Program-made: the position numbers and the translations under genes
Part shown: piece by piece, positions 54,901-64,000 of the stretch
How the letters are laid out: each line of letters begins with the position of its first letter
Numbering within the stretch: the stretch's first letter is position 1
Source: Auanema rhodensis
Lineage: Eukaryota; Animalia; Nematoda
Direction of reading: 5' to 3'
DNA: 64,000 nt
Assembly (NCBI GenBank): GCA_964057225.1
Contig: OZ059899.1
Coordinates: 13,330,001-13,394,000 of the forward strand
Notes under the pieces: generated by a model
The model's database searches: none
What the model was told of the DNA's origin: nothing
What the model saw: only the letters and a program-made list of their open reading frames with translations

Positions 54901-57900
54901 TTCAAGTGAGATTTGGATGTGACTCTCCAATTTTTCGGAAAAATGGTTTATATCGAACACATCCACAAGATTTGTTCACAAAAAAGTTCAGGCTGTAGGC
55001 ACTGTGTGTCCGGTGAATGTCCATTTTTCACAAAAATCATCAACTAAAATCAAATACAGATGAACTGAGGTTGGGTATTCAGATGTGTAGATTCTGAATT
55101 TTCAAGTGAGGTTTAGATGTGACTCTCCAATTTTTCGGAAAAATGGTTTATATCGAACACATCCACAAGATTTGTTCACAAAAAAGTTCAGGCTGTAGGC
55201 ACTGTGTGTCCGGTGAATGTCCATTTTTCACAAAAATCATCAACTAAAATCAAATACAGATGAACTGAGGTTGGGTATTCAGATGTGTAGATTCTGAAAT
55301 TTCAAGTGAGATTTGGATGTGACTCTCCAATTTTTCGGAAAAATGGTTTATATCGAACACATCCACAAGATTTGTTCACAAAAAAGTTCAGGCTGTAGGC
55401 ACTGTGTGTCCGGTGAATTTCCATTTTTCATAAAAATCATCAACTAAAATCAAATACAGATGAACTGAGGTTGGGTATTCAGATGTGTAGATTCTGAATT
55501 TTCAAGTGAGGTTTAGATGTGACTCTCCAATTTTTCGGAAAAATGGTTTATATCGAACACATCCACAAGATTTGTTCACAAAAAAGTTCAGGCTGTAGGC
55601 ACTGTGTGTCCGGTGAATGTCCATTTTTCACAAAAATCATCAACTAAAATCAAATACAGATGAACTGAGGTTGGGTATTCAGATGTGTAGATTCTGAAAT
55701 TTCAAGTGAGATTTGGATGTGACTCTCCAATTTTTCGGAAAAATGGTTTATATCGAACACATCCACAAGATTTGTTCACAAAAAAGTTCAGGCTGTAGGC
55801 ACTGTGTGTCCGGTGAATGTCCATTTTTCATAAAAATCATCAACTAAAATCAAATACAGATGAACTGAGGTTGGGTATTCAGATGTGTAGATTCTGAGTT
55901 TTCAAGTGAGATTTGGATGTGACTCTCCAATTTTTCGGAAAAATGGTTTATATCGAACACATCCACAAGATTTGTTCACAAAAAAGTTCAGGCTGTAGGC
56001 ACTGTGTGTCCGGTGAATGTCCATTTTTCATAAAAATCATCAACTAAAATCAAATACAGATGAACTGAGGTTGGGTATTCAGATGTGTAGATTCTGAGTT
56101 TTCAAGTGAGATTTGGATGTGACTCTCCAATTTTTCGGAAAAATGGTTTATATCGAACACATCCACAAGATTTGTTCACAAAAAAGTTCAGGCTGTAGGC
56201 ACTGTGTGTCCGGTGAATGTCCATTTTTCATAAAAATCATCAACTAAAATCAAATACAGATGAACTGAGGTTGGGTATTCAGATGTGTAGATTCTGAATT
56301 TTCAAGTGAGATTTGGATGTGACTCTCCAATTTTTCGGAAAAATGGTTTATATCGAACACATCCACAAGATTTGTTCACAAAAAAGTTCAGGCTGTAGGC
56401 ACTGTGTGTCCGGTGAATGTCCATTTTTCATAAAAATCATCAACTAAAATCAAATACAGATGAACTGAGGTTGGGTATTCAGATGTGTAGATTCTGAATT
56501 TTCAAGTGAGATTTGGATGTGACTCTCCAATTTTTCGGAAAAATGGTTTATATCGAACACATCCACAAGATTTGTTCACAAAAAAGTTCAGGCTGTAGGC
56601 ACTGTGTGTCCGGTGAATGTCCATTTTTCACAAAAATCATCAACTAAAATCAAATACAGATGAACTGAGGTTGGGTATTCAGATGTGTAGATTCTGAATT
56701 TTCAAGTGAGGTTTAGATGTGACTCTCCAATTTTTCGGAAAAATGGTTTATATCGAACACATCCACAAGATTTGTTCACAAAAAAGTTCAGGCTGTAGGC
56801 ACTGTGTGTCCGGTGAATGTCCATTTTTCACAAAAATCATCAACTAAAATCAAATACAGATGAACTGAGGTTGGGTATTCAGATGTGTAGATTCTGAAAT
56901 TTCAAGTGAGATTTGGATGTGACTCTCCAATTTTTCGGAAAAATGGTTTATATCGAACACATCCACAAGATTTGTTCACAAAAAAGTTCAGGCTGTAGGC
57001 ACTGTGTGTCCGGTGAATTTCCATTTTTCATAAAAATCATCAACTAAAATCAAATACAGATGAACTGAGGTTGGGTATTCAGATGTGTAGATTCTGAATT
57101 TTCAAGTGAGGTTTAGATGTGACTCTCCAATTTTTCGGAAAAATGGTTTATATCGAACACATCCACAAGATTTGTTCACAAAAAAGTTCAGGCTGTAGGC
57201 ACTGTGTGTCCGGTGAATGTCCATTTTTCACAAAAATCATCAACTAAAATCAAATACAGATGAACTGAGGTTGGGTATTCAGATGTGTAGATTCTGAAAT
57301 TTCAAGTGAGATTTGGATGTGACTCTCCAATTTTTCGGAAAAATGGTTTATATCGAACACATCCACAAGATTTGTTCACAAAAAAGTTCAGGCTGTAGGC
57401 ACTGTGTGTCCGGTGAATGTCCATTTTTCATAAAAATCATCAACTAAAATCAAATACAGATGAACTGAGGTTGGGTATTCAGATGTGTAGATTCTGAGTT
57501 TTCAAGTGAGATTTGGATGTGACTCTCCAATTTTTCGGAAAAATGGTTTATATCGAACACATCCACAAGATTTGTTCACAAAAAAGTTCAGGCTGTAGGC
57601 ACTGTGTGTCCGGTGAATGTCCATTTTTCATAAAAATCATCAACTAAAATCAAATACAGATGAACTGAGGTTGGGTATTCAGATGTGTAGATTCTGAGTT
57701 TTCAAGTGAGATTTGGATGTGACTCTCCAATTTTTCGGAAAAATGGTTTATATCGAACACATCCACAAGATTTGTTCACAAAAAAGTTCAGGCTGTAGGC
57801 ACTGTGTGTCCGGTGAATGTCCATTTTTCATAAAAATCATCAACTAAAATCAAATACAGATGAACTGAGGTTGGGTATTCAGATGTGTAGATTCTGAATT

Positions 57901-60900
57901 TTCAAGTGAGATTTGGATGTGACTCTCCAATTTTTCGGAAAAATGGTTTATATCGAACACATCCACAAGATTTGTTCACAAAAAAGTTCAGGCTGTAGGC
58001 ACTGTGTGTCCGGTGAATGTCCATTTTTCATAAAAATCATCAACTAAAATCAAATACAGATGAACTGAGGTTGGGTATTCAGATGTGTAGATTCTGAATT
58101 TTCAAGTGAGATTTGGATGTGACTCTCCAATTTTTCGGAAAAATGGTTTATATCGAACACATCCACAAGATTTGTTCACAAAAAAGTTCAGGCTGTAGGC
58201 ACTGTGTGTCCGGTGAATGTCCATTTTTCATAAAAATCATCAACTAAAATCAAATACAGATGAACTGAGGTTGGGTATTCAGATGTGTAGATTCTGAATT
58301 TTCAAGTGAGGTTTGGATGTGACTCTCCAATTTTTCGGAAAAATGGTTTATATCGAACACATCCACAAGATTTGTTCACAAAAAAGTTCAGGCTGCAGGC
58401 ACTGTGTGTCCGGTGAATGTCCATTTTTCACAAAAATCATCAACTAAAATCAAATACAGATGAACTGAGGTTGGGTATTCAGATGTGTAGATTCTGAAAT
58501 TTCAAGTGAGATTTGGATGTGACTCTCCAATTTTTCGGAAAAATGGTTTATATCGAACACATCCACAAGATTTGTTCACAAAAAAGTTCAGGCTGTAGGC
58601 ACTGTGTGTCCGGTGAATGTCCATTTTTCATAAAAATCATCAACTAAAATCAAATACAGATGAACTGAGGTTGGGTATTCAGATGTGTAGATTCTGAATT
58701 TTCAAGTGAGATTTGGATGTTACTCTCCAATTTTTCGGAAAAATGGTTTATATCGAACACATCCACAAGATTTGTTCACAAAAAAGTTCAGGCTGTAGGC
58801 ACTGTGTGTCCGGTGAATGTCCATTTTTCACAAAAATCATCAACTAAAATCAAATACAGATGAACTGAGGTTGGGTATTCAGATGTGTAGATTCTGAAAT
58901 TTCAAGTGAGATTTGGATGTGACTCTCCAATTTTTCGGAAAAATGGTTTATATCGAACACATCCACAAGATTTGTTCACAAAAAAGTTCAGGCTGTAGGC
59001 ACTGTGTGTCCGGTGAATGTCCATTTTTCATAAAAATCATCAACTAAAATCAAATACAGATGAACTGAGGTTGGGTATTCAGATGTGTAGATTCTGAAAT
59101 TTCAAGTGAGATTTGGATGTTACTCTCCAATTTTTCGGAAAAATGGTTTATATCGAACACATCCACAAGATTTGTTCACAAAAAAGTTCAGGCTGTAGGC
59201 ACTGTGTGTCCGGTGAATGTCCATTTTTCACAAAAATCATCAACTAAAATCAAATACAGATGAGCTGAGGTTGGGCATTCAGATGTGTAGATTCTGAAAT
59301 TTCAAGTAAGATTTGGATGTGACTCTCCAATTTTTCGGAAAAATGGTTTATATCGAACACATCCACAAGATTTGTTCACAAAAAAGTTCAGGCTGTAGGC
59401 ACTGTGTGTCCGGTGAATGTCCATTTTTCATAAAAATCATCAACTAAAATCAAATACAGATGAACTGAGGTTGGGTATTCAGATGTGTAGATTCTGAGTT
59501 TTCAAGTGAGATTTGGATGTGACTCTCCAATTTTTCGGAAAAATGGTTTATATCGAACACATCCACAAGATTTGTTCACAAAAAAGTTCAGGCTGTAGGC
59601 ACTGTGTGTCCGGTGAATGTCCATTTTTCATAAAAATCATCAACTAAAATCAAATACAGATGAACTGAGGTTGGGTATTCAGATGTGTAGATTCTGAAAT
59701 TTCAAGTGAGATTTGGATGTGACTCTCCAATTTTTCGGAAAAATGGTTTATATCGAACACATCCACAAGATTTGTTCACAAAAAAGTTCAGGCTGTAGGC
59801 ACTGTGTGTCCGGTGAATGTCCATTTTTCACAAAAATCATCAACTAAAATCAAATACAGATGATCTGAGGTTGGGTATTCAGATGTGTAGATTCTGAAAT
59901 TTCAAGTGAGATTTGGATGTTACTCTCCAATTTTTCGGAAAAATGGTTTATATCGAACACATCCACAAGATTTGTTCACAAAAAAGTTCAGGCTGTAGGC
60001 ACTGTGTCCGGTGAATGTCCATTTTTCATAAAAATCATCAACTAAAATCAAATACAGATGATCTGAGGTTGGGCATTCAGATGTGTAGATTCTGAAATTT
60101 CAAGTCAGATTTGGATGTGACTCTCCAATTTTTCGGAAAAATGGTTTATATCGAACACATCCACAAGATTTGTTCACAAAAAAGTTCAGGCTGCAGGCAC
60201 TGTGTGTCCGGTGAATGTCCATTTTTCACAAAAATCATCAACTAAAATCAAATACAGATAAACTGAGGTTGGGCATTCAGATGTGTAGATTCTGAAATTT
60301 CAAGTCAGATTTGGATGTGACTCTCCAATTTTTCGGAAAAATGGTTTATATCGAACACATCCACAAGATTTGTTCACAAAAAAGTTCAGGCTGCAGGCAC
60401 TGTGTGTCCGGTGAATGTCCATTTTTCACAAAAATCATCAACTAAAATCAAATACAGATAAACTGAGGTTGGGTATTCAGATGTGTAGATTCTGAATTTT
60501 CAAGAGAGATTTGGCTGTGACTCTCCAATTTTTCGGAAAAATGGTTTATATCGAACACATCCACAAGATTTGTTCACAAAAAAGTTCAGGCTGCAGGCAC
60601 TGTGTGTCCGGTGAATGTCCATTTTTCACAAAAATCATCAACTAAAATCAAATACAGATAAACTGAGGTTGGGCATTCAGATGTGTAGATTCTGAAATTT
60701 CAAGTCAGATTTGGATGTGACTCTCCAATTTTTCGGAAAAATGGTTTATATCGAACACATCCACAAGATTTGTTCACAAAAAAGTTCAGGCTGCAGGCAC
60801 TGTGTGTCCGGTGAATGTCCATTTTTCACAAAAATCATCAACTAAAATCAAATACAGATAAACTGAGGTTGGGTATTCAAATGTGTAGATTCTGAATTTT

Positions 60901-61363
60901 CAAGTGAGATTTGGCTGTGACTCTCCAATTTTTCGGAAAAATGGTTTATATCGAACACATCCACATGATTTGTTCACAAAAAAGTTCAGGCTGCAGGCAC
61001 TGTGTGTCCGGTGAATGTCCATTTTTCACAAAAATCATCAACTAAAATCAAATACAGATAAACTGAGGTTGGGTATTCAAATGTGTAGATTCTGAATTTT
61101 CAAGTGAGATTTGGCTGTGACTCTCCAATTTTTCGGAAAAATGGTTTATATCGAACACATCCACATGATTTGTTCACAAAAAAGTTCAGGCTGCAGGCAC
61201 TGTGTGTCCGGTGAATGTCCATTTTTCATAAAAATCATCAACTAAAATCAAATACAGATGAACTGAGGTTGGGTATTCAGATGTGTAGATTCTGAATTTT
61301 CAAGTGAGATTTGGCTGTGACTCTCCAATTTTTCGGAAAAATGGTTTATATCGAACACATCCA
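45995..61363. repeat. 200-bp tandem satellite, about 77 copies (76 complete plus about 172 bp)
   Basis: Exact 200-bp periodicity of TGTAGGCACTGTGTGTCCGGTGAATG...CACAAAAAAGTTCAGGC. Only a handful of recurrent SNPs, a 1-bp deletion near 51541 and a 2-bp deletion near 60005. Confidence 0.99.
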
Positions 61364-61562
61364 TGAGAATGTTCGTGAATGAAAAAATACGCAAATTTAA
61401 TTTTTTATGAAAAAATTTGAACAATTATAAAAATAAATGTTAAGACAGTTATACCCGAATACACAAATGTGAAAACCGTGATTAACAGGGCTATATACCC
61501 ATAGTTCAATACACTTAGCCATCACTGTAATGAATTTGTTTGAACTTTGAACTTCTTCCTGT

Positions 61563-63313
61563 TTAGAAGTTCAGTTTGTTTACATCAGCGAGCAAATCGT
61601 CCATTCCCAAAGCTGAAAGATAACTCATATATATGTTATAAACATTATTAATACTATGAGATTTAGGTTTTTGAGGCTCTTCGAGATCCATATCTGAATC
61701 CACATCACTGTTAAGCTCGCCATCATCCTCATCACTCTCTTCCGTCGCACTCAAAGTTCCCTCGTCATCACTGTAATGAATTTGTTTCATAATTAGTGGA
61801 AATAAATTGAAATCAACCTCTCATTGCCGAGAGAAATACCAGTACCCAAAACTTCGCTCACAAGATCTATGAAGGACGATCCAAAACAGTTATTAGTTAG
61901 GGATAATGATCTGAAGCAAAAAAGACATGCTCATTATTCGATAAAGAAACATACACATTGCTTTTGAATGTGCCCTTCCACAACGAAATTATATGCTCAG
62001 CATCTGCAGAACTTAATTCTCCTCCAGATAAATCTACCGACTAATAAACAGAACAAATGAGAAAAATAAATGTTAACTTTCAAAAAAACCTTCAATTTAA
62101 CATGATCCCCAGATGTTAGAGCAGATATAACATCGATGGCTCCCTTTCTACACAATGAATCTCCTAGGTCGAGAACTTCTAGAGCTAGAAGACCTTTTAC
62201 AGCCTTAAGAAATATCACATTAAGAGCACAATGGAAGGAAAAACATACTGCAGCAACAGCTTTAGCTCCAGTAGCGGTGCAAGTATTATCGTTGAAGTTA
62301 ATGACCCGGAGATTAGGATTATATTTCAATGATTCGGCCAATGCTGTTATGCCATCTGATCGTATTCCATTCTGATAGATGATTATCTCCTCCAAACTTC
62401 CAATTTTCTACAAAAAGAAAATAACACACTCAAGTCCAATAAGAAAAAACCTTGAAAGCTTTCGAAAGCGCTTTGGCTCCGGGGTCTTCTAGTCGGTTTC
62501 TGCCGGCAATAAAGGTTTTCAACTGGAAGCTACGTCCACTTCTTTTAGCGTTATCGTAGCATTCTTCTAAGCATGATGCTACAATCTGAAAATAGTAAAA
62601 AAATAGACACTTGTTTAATTCCTGAATAACTCAACCTTTCCACCGGCACCTAAACCGTTATTATTTAATTTTAAAACTTCGAGAGAAAAGGCAGAGCTCG
62701 ATTTTAAGAAATCGGAGATTCCTGAAAGAAATTCTGAATATTTAACAATTAGATTTTCTATATACCTTCAGCTCCAATCGGTCCGAAGGCATTATCTGAT
62801 AGATCCAACTCTACGATCTGGCAATTTGCTCGCATCATAGCTCCGCACATGGATTTCTGAAAGCACTATTCACTTCAAAACAACTAAGTTATAACCTACC
62901 AGAATAGGTGGGATCTCTGTTTTTAAACGGCCAGTAAACATATCGCTCCATAAACACCTCTAGAAAGATTTGAAGTATTTAAGAAATAATACCATATTAA
63001 TACAAATAACGAAAATAAAATTATGACATAGGTAAACAAACTTTAAGTTCAGGATGTTTCAATAAGGATTGCCCTATTCTTTCTCCTGCAGGAACACCAA
63101 CAGTATTTCCTCGAAGAATAAGGGTGTGCATAGTGGGTGCTTTATCAATGACAGAGCAAACAAGTTCAGCTGCATAGAATAAAAGTAAAATCTTCAAAAT
63201 GAGATCGTATTACCGTCTGAAGCCGTATTTAACTTGTATTGCTTATCAAGGAACGAAACAACTTCCTCCTGTTCGACGTTCAGTTTGTTTACACCAGCGA
63301 GCAAATCGTCCAT
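61563..63313 (-). CDS. ran-2: Ran GTPase-activating protein (LRR domain plus acidic tract), terminal complete unit; 405 aa if counted from the ATG at 63313
   Basis: Exons on the minus strand: 63313-63214, 63169-63042, 62959-62900, 62856-62766, 62721-62636, 62585-62451, 62407-62249, 62203-62090, 62040-61955, 61910-61818, 61770-61655, 61612-61563. All are GT-AG, phase-consistent, and total 1218 nt. RanGAP motifs include SFLDKQYKLNTASDA, LRGNTVG, WSDMFTGRLKTEIPP, LDLSDNAFGPIG, LKLNNNGLG, FIAGRNRLEDPGA, QNGI, NDNT and the acidic tract EESDEDDGE. Whether this is the orthologue or a paralogue of ran-2 is unresolved. Confidence 0.9.
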
Positions 63314-64000
63314 TCCCAAAGCTGAAAGATAACTCATATATATGTTATAAACATTATTAATACTATGAGATTTAGGTTTTTGAGGCTCTTCGAGATCCAT
63401 ATCTGAATCCACATCACTGTTAAGCTCGCCATCATCCTCATCACTCTCTTCCGTCGCACTCAAAGTTCCCTCGTCATCACTGTAATGAATTTGTTTCATA
63501 ATTAGTGGAAATAAATTGAAATCAACCTCTCATTGCCGAGAGAAATACCAGTACCCAAAACTTCGCTCACAAGATCTATGAAGGACGATCCAAAACAGTT
63601 ATTAGTTAGGGATAATGATCTGAAGCAAAAAAGACATGCTCATTATTCGATAAAGAAACATACACATTGCTTTTGAATGTGCCCTTCCACAACGAAATTA
63701 TATGCTCAGCATCTGCAGAACTTAATTCTCCTCCAGATAAATCTACCGACTAATAAACAGAACAAATGAGAAAAATAAATGTTAACTTTCAAAAAAACCT
63801 TCAATTTAACATGATCCCCAGATGTTAGAGCAGATATAACATCGATGGCTCCCTTTCTACACAATGAATCTCCTAGGTCGAGAACTTCTAGAGCTAGAAG
63901 ACCTTTTACAGCCTTAAGAAATATCACATTAAGAGCACAATGGAAGGAAGAACATACTGCAGCAACAGCTTTAGCTCCAGTAGCGGTGCAAGTATTATCG
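61569..64000. repeat. 1709-bp tandem segmental duplication (at least 1.4 copies visible)
   Basis: 61569-62291 matches 63278-64000. Only two differences were seen by eye: GAT/GGT (D/G) and one intronic A/G. Confidence 0.95.
63314..64000 (-). CDS. ran-2: RanGAP upstream tandem unit (3' part; runs off the window), fused in frame to the next unit
   Basis: Copy of 61605-62291 displaced by 1709 bp. Exons: >64000-63958, 63912-63799, 63749-63664, 63619-63527, 63479-63364, then junction exon 63321-63214. No stop codon before the next unit. Confidence 0.85.

Noticed and set aside
45995-61363. CRISPR array or other prokaryotic repeat system
   Set aside because: No unique spacers, no cas genes, and the context is eukaryotic with introns. 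It is a plain tandem satellite.
61563-63313. RanGAP unit as a pseudogene (the ORF track shows only fragments)
   Set aside because: The fragments are explained by 11 short GT-AG introns, and the spliced frame is open for 405 codons.

Overview
Eukaryotic, AT-rich, (AG/CT)n-rich DNA from a rhabditid-type nematode, judged from TTTCAG acceptors, 42-55 nt introns and C. elegans-like proteins. The species cannot be determined. There are three blocks. (1) About 1-45.5 kb, + strand: most of kin-1, the PKA catalytic subunit gene. It has a large 5' region with several alternative first exons, a shared A-helix exon at 18454-18515, seven kinase-core exons at 38784-42011 and two mutually exclusive last exons (42749-42919 and 43983-44108). 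The myristoylated MGN-type first exon was not found and probably lies upstream of the window. (2) 45995-61363: about 77 near-identical copies of a 200-bp satellite, with an internal 8-unit (1600-bp) higher-order duplication. (3) 61563-64000, - strand: a RanGAP (ran-2-like) gene built from head-to-tail 1709-bp units. The units differ at only 2 positions seen in a 723-bp overlap, introns included, and are fused in frame. The last unit stops just after the acidic tract, about 200 bp from the satellite. This recently amplified, C-terminally short RanGAP next to a young satellite is the most unusual observation, and it superficially recalls Drosophila Segregation Distorter (hypothesis only). All homology calls are from memory of the protein families; no searches were run.
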